Source of the DNA: Candidatus Kapaibacterium sp.
GTDB lineage: Bacteria > Bacteroidota > Ignavibacteria > Kapaibacteriales > UBA4661
Length of the DNA stretch: 47,593 nucleotides
NCBI GenBank assembly: GCA_025363605.1
Contig: JANYDO010000359.1
Span: 1 to 47,593, forward strand
Direction of reading: 5' to 3'
Positions 1 to 7,531 of this stretch are shown piece after piece. Below the pieces are notes generated by a model. That model had not been told where the DNA came from. It saw only the letters and a program-made list of their open reading frames with translations, and ran no database searches. Every line of letters begins with the position of its first letter. Positions within the stretch are counted from its first letter, which is position 1. A program made the translations under genes and the position numbers.

Positions 1-534
1 GCGCACGGTGCAAATGCTTCATCCTTTGCCGATTGGTGGGCATACAAAATGGAAGTTGCCGATGCTATCCCATACAATGGCGCAATCCTTAACGCAATGG
101 GACTGAACGTTGCCTTCAACTCCGACGATGCTGAGATGGCGCGTCGCTTGAACCAAGAAGCCGCAAAAGCCGTCAAATACGGCGGCGTACCGGAAGAAGA
201 AGCGCTGAAATTTGTAACACTGAATCCCGCAAAAATGCTCCACGTGGACGCAAAAGTGGGCAGCTTGAAAGTTGGTAAGGATGCAGACGTGGTGCTTTGG
301 TCAGACAATCCGCTTTCCATCTATGCCCGCGCGGAAAAGACATTCGTGGACGGAACGCTCTACTACGACCGCGAACGCGACGCACAAGTCCGTGAGGAAA
401 TCCGCTTGGAACGCGCCCGCTTGACGCAAGCAATGATTCAAGCCAAAAAGGGTGGCGCTCCCACGCAAGCCGCACCGCCGCGCCGCAATTTCGAGAAAGT
501 TCATTGCGACCAACTTGGCGAAGTGGGCTGGTAA
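1..534 (+). CDS. Amidohydrolase family protein, C-terminal part (5'-truncated by the window)
   Basis: Frame is open from base 1 (AHGANASSFADWWAYKMEV...). Motifs FNSDDAEMARRLNQEAAK, VTLNPAKML and GSLKVGKDADVVLW are typical of amidohydrolase C-termini. Confidence 0.85.
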   Translation, partial: AHGANASSFADWWAYKMEVADAIPYNGAILNAMGLNVAFNSDDAEMARRLNQEAAKAVKYGGVPEEEALKFVTLNPAKMLHVDAKVGSLKVGKDADVVLWSDNPLSIYARAEKTFVDGTLYYDRERDAQVREEIRLERARLTQAMIQAKKGGAPTQAAPPRRNFEKVHCDQLGEVGW

Positions 535-562
535 GAATTAATAAAAAAGTATCAAAATTTTG

Positions 563-632
563 GGCTTCGGCAGCACAGACATTCTTGTCTGTGAGATTTA
601 GCGCTCTGTGCTTACCCTGTGCTACTGAAGCC
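563..632. repeat. Intergenic inverted repeat with a REP-like hairpin
   Basis: GGCTTCGGCAGCACAG (563-578) pairs with CTGTGCTACTGAAGCC (617-632) with 2 mismatches; internal hairpin CACAGACA-TTCT-TGTCTGTG. Related sequence at 3975-4019. Confidence 0.6.
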
Positions 633-658
633 AGCAAAATACTTCATCTGTATCAAGG

Positions 659-785
659 TTAGGACTTTTGCAAATCGCATCTGTCATACCGACGTAGGTC
701 GGTATCCATGACGTGTACACGTTGCCGATAGATTCCGACCTGCGTCGGAATGACAGCAAACATGGACAGTTTGCGAAAATCCTAA
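659..785. mobile_element. MITE-like shell (TAGGACTTTYGCAAA ends) enclosing a REP-like doublet
   Basis: TTAGGACTTTTGCAAA (659-674) and TTTGCGAAAATCCTAA (770-785) are inverted with 2 mismatches. The same end family occurs at 47145-47258. Confidence 0.65.
681..756. repeat. REP-like doublet, GTCATnCCGAC family (copy 1)
   Basis: Left arm CTGTCATACCGACGTAGGTCGGTATCCA (681-708); inverted right arm TAGATTCCGACCTGCGTCGGAATGACAG (729-756). Each arm is itself a hairpin. Confidence 0.9.
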
Positions 786-833
786 AGGTCTATTTTGTTG
801 AACAACTTGTTGCACAACGACACGAGGAAAACG

Positions 834-1166
834 TTGAAACTGAAACCCGAAAAACTTCTCGAAGAACTCAAAGCTATTGCCGAAACTATCGGCGTTCAGG
901 TGATTATTGACAAAGGCAATTTTTCTGGTGGACACTGCCTCGTTTACGAGGAGCGCAAAATCGTTTTGAACAAACTCCTGCCACCGGAAGTCAAAGCCGC
1001 CAAGCTCGCACAAAGTCTGACGTTCTATTCGCTGGAAGGCATAGAACTCAAGCCCGCGCTCCGTGATTTTCTGGATAACGAGCGTCTGCGCCTTGCTTCG
1101 CGTACAAAAGATGCTCTGAGTGACGAGGCTCAAGCAGTTGTGAACGACGTTCTGGCAAGCGTGTAG
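834..1166 (+). CDS. Hypothetical protein (about 110 aa)
   Basis: ORF 795-1166. Probable start TTG 834 after GAGG. The sequence LKPEKLLEELKAIAETIGVQVIIDKGNFSGGHCLV looks globular; no function assigned. Confidence 0.7.
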   Translation: MKLKPEKLLEELKAIAETIGVQVIIDKGNFSGGHCLVYEERKIVLNKLLPPEVKAAKLAQSLTFYSLEGIELKPALRDFLDNERLRLASRTKDALSDEAQAVVNDVLASV

Positions 1167-1279
1167 CAGCGTAAGCGTATGAATAGCGTATAACAAGAAC
1201 TCAATCATTGCATAATTTTTTCACTCAACCGTCCTTTCACATTTCAATTCAAAGTTGAATGTAGGACATTACAACAATC

Positions 1280-3802
1280 ATGGCACGAAAACCACCCTCC
1301 CGCATTGCGAAAAAGAAAGCTCCGGCAGCACAAGAGATTGCTTTGCCCGTAGAAAACCTTGCGGCGCAAGATGTTCAGATACAAAGCAATCAGCCCGACG
1401 AACATACGCCGGAGCCGCTTGTAGAGCAGCTGCAAGCTGAAGCGCCCAAAGGTGCAAAACCAAAGACGAGCCCGAAGAATCAAGCTCCTGCTGGTAAGAG
1501 TCAAGCCCCGAATGCCAAAACTCCTCAAGTAGAGAAGCCTTCAGCGGAGAAATTATCAGCAGAGAAACTATCGGCGGAGAAGCCGCTAATGGCTGCTGCA
1601 CCTGTTCAAAAGCCTGCTCCCGTAACAAAACCTGCACCAGCAACGAAGCCCGAACCAAGCGGACAAATACTCCCCTTGCCGCAATTCTTGGCGCAAAAAC
1701 ACGGCTTGCACAACCTTGGGCAAATCTTCATCAATCTTTCTACGCCGGAACTGTATGAACACATCTTGTTCCTGCGCGAAGGCGTTATGTCTGCGCACGG
1801 GGCAGTGATGGTGGAAACGACACCCAACACGAAACTTGCTGTACGCGACAAATTCATCGTGGAGGAAGAGATAAATAAAGAACATATTGCATGGGGCGAG
1901 GCAAATCGAGCTATTGAGCAATCAAAATTTAATGCCCTCAAAGCACGCATCGGAGCGTATTTGCAGAAGCGGAATGTCTATGTCCAAGACTGTTTCGCGG
2001 GTTCGGACACACGTCTCAGAGTACCGTTGCGCGTTGTTACTGAAAATGCGTGGCAGAGTCTTTTTGTCCGCAACACCTTTATTGAAGCGCTTCCGGCAGA
2101 ACTTCGCCAATTCGACCCGCGCATGACGATTATTTCCCTGCCCAACTTCAAAGCTATTCCCGAAATAGACGGCACACGGGCGGAAACATTTGTTCTCTAC
2201 GATTTTTCGCAGCGTCTCGCCATTATCGGCGGCACACGCCATGCAGAAGAAATTAAAAAAGCTGTCTTTACGGTAATGAGCTATGCCATGCCGCTTCGCC
2301 GCGTCTTGCCTATGCGCTGCGCTGCCAGCATTGGTGCAAACGGTGAAACCGTGCTTCTTTTCGGCACGAATGGTGCCGGCAAAACAACTCTTTCGGTGGA
2401 CACCGCGCGAACTCTCATTGGTGACGATGCTCACGGTTGGGGCGATGATGGCGTGTTTGCTTTTGAAGGCGGCGGATATGCCAAAGCGCAAGGAATATTG
2501 CCGGAAACAGAGCCTTCGCTCTATGCGGTATCGCGGACGTTTGGTACGATTCTCGAAAATGTGAAATTCGACACCACGACACGCATTGCGAACCTTGCCG
2601 ATACATCTATCAGCGATAATGCCCGCGTTTCATATTCTCTCGCACAACTTTCTCCGTTGCAGCCGGTCACGCCCAAACTGCGCGGCGCACACCCAAAAAA
2701 TGTCATACTTCTTGTCAACGATGCCTTTGGCGTACTACCGCCCGTAGCGCGGCTGACGCAAGAGCAAGCTGTCTTTTTCTATTTGTCCGGCTATGCTGCA
2801 AAAAATCCCATCGGCGAACCGAAAATCGAGCCGCGATCTGTCTTCAGTGCTGGCTTTGGCGAGACATTCATGGTGCAAGACCCCGTCTCATACGCGAATC
2901 TTTTCCGCGAGCGTCTGCGCCGTAATAATACGAAAGTTTGGCTTGTCAATACGGGATGGCAAGGCGGAACACAGGCAACGGGAAGCCGTATCAAGCGCGA
3001 TTACTCGCGTGCGATTGTGCTCGCGATTACTTCCGGCGCTCTTGATTCGGCGCAGTATAGCATTGATGCGGTGTTTAATCTCAGTGTGCCGTCGGCGTGT
3101 CCGGGTGTACCGGCAGCAATGTTGAATCCGCGTAATGCTTGGGCTGACCGTGCGGTATATGAAAAAACCGCACAAAAGCTCCTCCAACTTCTGACAGAAA
3201 ACTTCAAGAAATATGCAGGACGTGTTGATAAATCTATTGCGCAAGCTCTTGCAGCTCCCGCGCAAACTGCACAAAAACAGAATCCTCCGTCCAATGCACC
3301 TGCGCTTGCAACCGCCGCTGCACCGCAGATAGTAAAATCGGGTGCAAATATGCCACCGGAAATTCTTACACCCGACATTTCGGTAGCTGCATCGCCGGAA
3401 ACTCCCGCAGAAACAGCTTCGGGCAAGAAAATTCCACCCAAAAAAGTCAAACCCGTCAAAAAAGGACGTGGTAAGCAAGTGCTGATAGAAGAAGATGATG
3501 AAGCAGAGGTCGGCGACACAGGTTCGCACGAAACCATAGACGCGCCATACGATAATGACGATGATGCAGGCGCAGATGTCATCATTCCGTCCAGCCTTTT
3601 TGTGAGTGAACCCGAAGGCGAGTTCCGTCCGGATGATGATATGCTAACACCATCTACCTTTGATGATGAAGATGACGACGACATTGCTGATAATGGTGAG
3701 GCGCAAGACGGCAATGACGCTGCCGGAGACGAGCAAGGACAAGCTCAATTCAAGGGTGGTCGCCGCCGCAGAGGTGGTCGTGGTCGTCGTCGCCCGCGAT
3801 GA
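1280..3802 (+). CDS. pckA: ATP-dependent PEP carboxykinase homologue with divergent active site and long low-complexity N- and C-terminal extensions
   Basis: PEPCK motifs LFGTNGAGKTTLS, LIGDDAHGW, FEGGGYAK, DAFGVLPPVARL and VWLVNTGW. Core about 1700-3220. See findings for the catalytic substitutions. Confidence 0.85.
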   Translation: MARKPPSRIAKKKAPAAQEIALPVENLAAQDVQIQSNQPDEHTPEPLVEQLQAEAPKGAKPKTSPKNQAPAGKSQAPNAKTPQVEKPSAEKLSAEKLSAEKPLMAAAPVQKPAPVTKPAPATKPEPSGQILPLPQFLAQKHGLHNLGQIFINLSTPELYEHILFLREGVMSAHGAVMVETTPNTKLAVRDKFIVEEEINKEHIAWGEANRAIEQSKFNALKARIGAYLQKRNVYVQDCFAGSDTRLRVPLRVVTENAWQSLFVRNTFIEALPAELRQFDPRMTIISLPNFKAIPEIDGTRAETFVLYDFSQRLAIIGGTRHAEEIKKAVFTVMSYAMPLRRVLPMRCAASIGANGETVLLFGTNGAGKTTLSVDTARTLIGDDAHGWGDDGVFAFEGGGYAKAQGILPETEPSLYAVSRTFGTILENVKFDTTTRIANLADTSISDNARVSYSLAQLSPLQPVTPKLRGAHPKNVILLVNDAFGVLPPVARLTQEQAVFFYLSGYAAKNPIGEPKIEPRSVFSAGFGETFMVQDPVSYANLFRERLRRNNTKVWLVNTGWQGGTQATGSRIKRDYSRAIVLAITSGALDSAQYSIDAVFNLSVPSACPGVPAAMLNPRNAWADRAVYEKTAQKLLQLLTENFKKYAGRVDKSIAQALAAPAQTAQKQNPPSNAPALATAAAPQIVKSGANMPPEILTPDISVAASPETPAETASGKKIPPKKVKPVKKGRGKQVLIEEDDEAEVGDTGSHETIDAPYDNDDDAGADVIIPSSLFVSEPEGEFRPDDDMLTPSTFDDEDDDDIADNGEAQDGNDAAGDEQGQAQFKGGRRRRGGRGRRRPR
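1531..1586 (+). repeat. In-frame 15-nt tandem repeat (EKPSA/EKLSA, about 4 copies)
   Basis: VEKPSAEKLSAEKLSAEKP in the N-terminal extension. Confidence 0.75.
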
Positions 3803-3821
3803 GAAGACATAAATTGTATAA

Positions 3822-3964
3822 GAAAGTGTTTGAAAATTCGTTTTATTACCCCTCTCCCAACCCTCTCCCAGAGGTAGAGAGCTTCAGAAGCCAAATGAAA
3901 TCTTACTTCCTCTCCCTCTGGGAGAGGACTGAGGTGAGGGATAGTGGAATTTTCAGACACTTTC
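3822..3964. mobile_element. MITE-like element with 18-bp terminal inverted repeats, TAA flanks and an internal CCCTCTCCC-type REP doublet
   Basis: GAAAGTGTTTGAAAATTC (3822-3839) and GAATTTTCAGACACTTTC (3947-3964), 1 mismatch. TAA on both sides (3819-3821, 3965-3967). Inner inverted arms at 3849-3881 and 3909-3940. Confidence 0.75.
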
Positions 3965-3974
3965 TAAAAACCGA

Positions 3975-4019
3975 CTTCAGTAGCACGGACTGAGCGCTGC
4001 GCTCACTTGTCTGTGTTAC
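3975..4019. repeat. GTAGCAC-type hairpin related to 563-632
   Basis: CTTCAGTAGCACGGAC...GTCTGTGTTAC with an inner TGAGCGC-T-GCGCTCA palindrome. Shares CTTCAGTAGCAC and CTTGTCTGTG with the 563-632 element. Confidence 0.5.
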
Positions 4020-4033
4020 AAATAACATCAAAT

Positions 4034-4705
4034 ATGAGGCTCTCGAAAAAAAATGGTATTGCTCTCGCACTTGTATTGATGCTCGCTTTGAGTATGATAA
4101 TTGCATTTCTTGTTCCGCGGCGTTTCGGATTGCCTTCGCAGGAGCGTGATAATGCAGCAGTAGAAATACGAGTGGCGCGGTATCTGTATCATACGGGTAT
4201 TATTATGCCCGTACGGACACCAGAGGTTGACTGGAGTCAAACGTTCCCATGTTTGCGTGGGAAACAATCTTTTGAAATTGGCTGGGGCGATCGTGATTTT
4301 TACATGAGCGGCAGCATTACCGTAGGTTTGGCATGGAAAGCACTTTTTCAATCACAGGCATCGGTGCTGAATGTAAGTGGCTTCGATACAGCAATAACGG
4401 ATGAGTTCTTGAGTACCGAGCCGTTTGCGCAGAAAAAAATTCGCCTCAGCGCGGTTAATTACAAACGCATGGCAACATGGATACGTGCTTCGTTTGCTCT
4501 TCAAAATGGAGCACCCATTTTTCTCCGCGAAGGTTTCTGGGGCGCATCCTCAGCGTTTTACGAAGCAAATACTGCTCAAACAGGTGCATACAGCATTGTC
4601 AATAATTGCAACGTTTGGAACAGCAATGCGCTTGATGCCGCGAACCTCCCTGTTCCGATGTGGTCTGGTGTTCCATATCCGCTCTTGTGGATGCTGCCGG
4701 AATAG
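4034..4705 (+). CDS. DUF2459-family protein with N-terminal membrane anchor
   Basis: HTGIIMP, EIGWGDRDFY and NNCNVW motifs; hydrophobic N-terminus; ATG 4034 preferred. Confidence 0.75.
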   Translation: MRLSKKNGIALALVLMLALSMIIAFLVPRRFGLPSQERDNAAVEIRVARYLYHTGIIMPVRTPEVDWSQTFPCLRGKQSFEIGWGDRDFYMSGSITVGLAWKALFQSQASVLNVSGFDTAITDEFLSTEPFAQKKIRLSAVNYKRMATWIRASFALQNGAPIFLREGFWGASSAFYEANTAQTGAYSIVNNCNVWNSNALDAANLPVPMWSGVPYPLLWMLPE

Positions 4706-4739
4706 CGTATGCGGAAAGCGCATGAAACCGTAGTTTATG

Positions 4740-4765
4740 AAAGCACCTGAAAAAAGCACCTGAAA
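4740..4765 (+). repeat. Perfect 13-bp tandem duplication AAAGCACCTGAAA
   Basis: Copies at 4740-4752 and 4753-4765, about 35 bp upstream of the ATP-grasp start. Confidence 0.7.
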
Positions 4766-4798
4766 TTCGTTTTATCACCATTCCGGGAGTACCGACGT

Positions 4799-6226
4799 AT
4801 GACGTTTCATTCCTACAACCCCGAAGGCTTCTACGACGAGCTGTTTCAAGCAGACGGTTCACCACGCGAGGGCGCAAAAAAACTGGTGGACAAAATTAAC
4901 TCACTCGGCACAAACGACATCCGCCTCCGTCAGCAAGCCGCCGAGAGTACGCTTATGAACTTGGGCATTACTTTTAATGTGTATGGTGACGATGAAGGTG
5001 TCGAAAAAATCTTTCCCTTCGACCTCATTCCCCGTATTGTCGAGGCTGTGGAATGGCATAAGCTCCAAGCGGGCTTATATCAACGCATCAAGGCGCTGAA
5101 TCTCTTTTTGCAGGATATTTACCATGAGCAAAAAATTCTCAAAGACGGTGTCATTCCTGAGTTTGTTATTACCACAAGCAAAGCATTTTTACCACAGTGC
5201 AAAGGTTTGAAGCCGCCCAAAGGCGTATGGTGTCATATTACCGGTACGGATATTATCCGCGACAAAGACGGTACGTTCTATGTACTGGAAGATAATTTGC
5301 GCTGCCCCTCCGGTGTTTCTTACGTTTTGGAAAACCGTCAGGTAATGAAACGTACATTTCCTGAGGTCTTTGCTACGTCTAATGTTGTGCCGGTGGATGA
5401 CTATTCCTCTCGCCTACTGGACGTGTTGCAGTGGCTTTCGGGGCGCACCAACCCTGTTTGTGCGGTACTCACGCCGGGCATCTATAATTCTGCTTACTTT
5501 GAGCATTCCTTTCTGGCGCGGCAAATGGGCATTGAGCTTGTGGAAGGGCGTGATTTGGTCGTTGTCAATGGTACAGTACAAATGCGCACAACCAAAGGTT
5601 TTCGCAGAGTAGATGTGATTTATCGGCGCGTTGATGATACATTTCTCGACCCGACGGTTTTCAATCCTGATTCGCTCTTGGGCGTTCCGGGCATTATGGA
5701 TGCGTATCGCAAAGGGAACGTTGCTCTTGCAAATGCACCCGGTACGGGGGTGGCAGACGACAAAGTTGTGTATGCGTATGTCCCCAAAATGATTCGGTAT
5801 TATTTGGGCGAAGAGCCGATTTTACCAAATGTTCCCACATATGTCTGCTGGGAAGACGAGCAGCGTGAGTATGTGCTGGACAACATCGAACAACTCGTCG
5901 TGAAAGCTGCCAACGAGTCCGGCGGCTATGGAATGCTGGTGGGACCGCACGCCACAAAAGAAGACCACGCAAAATTCCGTGAATTAGTTGCTGCCGACCC
6001 GCGTAATTACATCGCGCAGCCGACCATTTCGCTCTCGCGTGTTCCCACCTTTGTGGATGAAGTTTTTGAGGGACGGCACGTGGACTTGCGTCCGTATATT
6101 CTCTATGGTGAAGATATTTTCGTAATGCCGGGCGGACTAACGCGAGTGGCGCTGCGTAAGGGTTCGCTGGTAGTAAATTCTTCCCAAGGTGGCGGTAGCA
6201 AGGATACGTGGGTGTTGGGGAGTTAG
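4799..6226 (+). CDS. Circularly permuted type 2 ATP-grasp protein
   Basis: YVLEDNLRCPSGVSY, YNSAYFEHSFLA, VDVIYRRVDD, RHVDLRP, PGGLTRVAL and VVNSSQGGGSKDTW signatures. Confidence 0.92.
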   Translation: MTFHSYNPEGFYDELFQADGSPREGAKKLVDKINSLGTNDIRLRQQAAESTLMNLGITFNVYGDDEGVEKIFPFDLIPRIVEAVEWHKLQAGLYQRIKALNLFLQDIYHEQKILKDGVIPEFVITTSKAFLPQCKGLKPPKGVWCHITGTDIIRDKDGTFYVLEDNLRCPSGVSYVLENRQVMKRTFPEVFATSNVVPVDDYSSRLLDVLQWLSGRTNPVCAVLTPGIYNSAYFEHSFLARQMGIELVEGRDLVVVNGTVQMRTTKGFRRVDVIYRRVDDTFLDPTVFNPDSLLGVPGIMDAYRKGNVALANAPGTGVADDKVVYAYVPKMIRYYLGEEPILPNVPTYVCWEDEQREYVLDNIEQLVVKAANESGGYGMLVGPHATKEDHAKFRELVAADPRNYIAQPTISLSRVPTFVDEVFEGRHVDLRPYILYGEDIFVMPGGLTRVALRKGSLVVNSSQGGGSKDTWVLGS

Positions 6227-6371
6227 AGCCTGTTGTGATTAATTCTATCCTGCTGCAATAGAATGTGGCTGTTCCTGTTGTACTCATTTTCTGATACAAT
6301 GAGTATCTTGAGATGTTTATTTTGAATTATAAGCAATCCACACCGTACATTCCACATAACCTTTCTGAGCT

Positions 6372-6530
6372 ATGAAATACAGCATTTGTCTCCGCTACGA
6401 GGATTCAAGCTATGCGGCATGGTGTCAGGGACTGACTGGATGCTGGTCGGAAGGCGCAACAAAAGAAGAAGCTATCACAAATATCTATGACGCGATTCGA
6501 GAATACTTGGAAGTGGCGGAAATGCTTTGA
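6372..6530 (+). CDS. HicB-family antitoxin (52 aa, orphan; below the ORF-track cutoff)
   Basis: Own translation: MKYSICLRYEDSSYAAWCQGLTGCWSEGATKEEAITNIYDAIREYLEVAEML, matching the HicB pattern GCxSxGxTxEEAxxNIxDAI. No hicA adjacent. Confidence 0.75.
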   Translation: MKYSICLRYEDSSYAAWCQGLTGCWSEGATKEEAITNIYDAIREYLEVAEML

Positions 6531-6574
6531 TTACCTAGATTGCTTTTCCAACTATCATTAGCTTAATCCTCATA

Positions 6575-7207
6575 GTGAATGTAAAAACCATAGATAGATT
6601 TGAGGTTATCTTGAGTTTACAAGATGAATTTCTGGATGAGATTCAAAACTCATACTTTATGCGCGTATGTATTGTCATCGCATTGGCAAGTATCCCGTGC
6701 TTTGGTATCGCTTACTTTCTATCCTTGATTCCGACTGGAAGTGAAGCATATCGAATGTGCATCGTAGCAAATCTTGTTTTGACCTCGTTTGTTGCGGCAG
6801 TAACATGGTTTGCAGAGAAATACTCATATTCAATTCCAATCTTTGATGTACCATTTTTTGAAGATGTTTCTATTGCTTCTCTACTGGATTTTCCGTTAGG
6901 AGTCTCTCAACGAATCGAAACACAAGATGTTGAATTGAAGCACGATACGGCATGGATACAAAAGCGCTTACCCAAAGTCTATATGAATTATTGTCGATAT
7001 GTTATTGCGATGGGAATGCTCGGACTATGGTTTTTTATCCTTGAACTACATTCGGATAGGTTACATATTTTGTCTTTACTGAATTGCGCTTGCCCTTTGA
7101 TTGCACTTTATTTTGGAGCGCGTAATTACCCAAGTCGTCAACGTTTAGAAGAAATATATGTGAATTTTTTTCGTGCTCAACAACGCATTACAAGGATTCT
7201 TAAATGA
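6575..7207 (+). CDS. Hypothetical membrane protein, about 4 TM segments, AT-rich
   Basis: 210-aa ORF with four hydrophobic stretches; start uncertain. Confidence 0.6.
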   Translation: MNVKTIDRFEVILSLQDEFLDEIQNSYFMRVCIVIALASIPCFGIAYFLSLIPTGSEAYRMCIVANLVLTSFVAAVTWFAEKYSYSIPIFDVPFFEDVSIASLLDFPLGVSQRIETQDVELKHDTAWIQKRLPKVYMNYCRYVIAMGMLGLWFFILELHSDRLHILSLLNCACPLIALYFGARNYPSRQRLEEIYVNFFRAQQRITRILK

Positions 7208-7527
7208 CCACATCCATCAACCTCCGACCCGACGTGTACGATATTTTACACCGCTCCTACGAGGAAACGAAGCTACAAGAGAAAGCAACGGACATTCTTC
7301 TACAAGGCGTAGTTTCTACCTTAGAGCGATACAGCCGAGAAATACTGACCTTTAAGTATGGATGCGGCTTTCAAGAATTTGAACAACGTTGGGACAATGA
7401 TGCAATTCTGGGTAAACACGGCTACGCAGTCGAATCGGATTTTATTGATTGGGAAATGCTGGAAGGTGAGAAGCAAAAACTTGAATTCATTTTGAATACC
7501 ATATCTCAAATTATCATACAACTCTAA
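7204..7527 (+). CDS. Small hypothetical protein, antitoxin-like
   Basis: 107-aa ORF overlapping the upstream stop. [10 protein letters not shown]...ESDFIDWE resembles small proteins found in putative TA pairs (recalled, not searched). Confidence 0.55.
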   Translation: MTTSINLRPDVYDILHRSYEETKLQEKATDILLQGVVSTLERYSREILTFKYGCGFQEFEQRWDNDAILGKHGYAVESDFIDWEMLEGEKQKLEFILNTISQIIIQL

Positions 7528-7531
7528 CTCT

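Noticed and set aside
3745-3993. Short ORFs over the CCCTCTCCC repeat (and 10086-10388 over the leuS-downstream repeat)
   Set aside because: Translations of repeat DNA (PSPNPLPEVE, LSPLPEGEE), not credible proteins.
6224-6240. TAGAGCCTGTTG resembling an IS terminal repeat at the ATP-grasp stop codon
   Set aside because: No matching inverted partner was seen nearby; too short to support.
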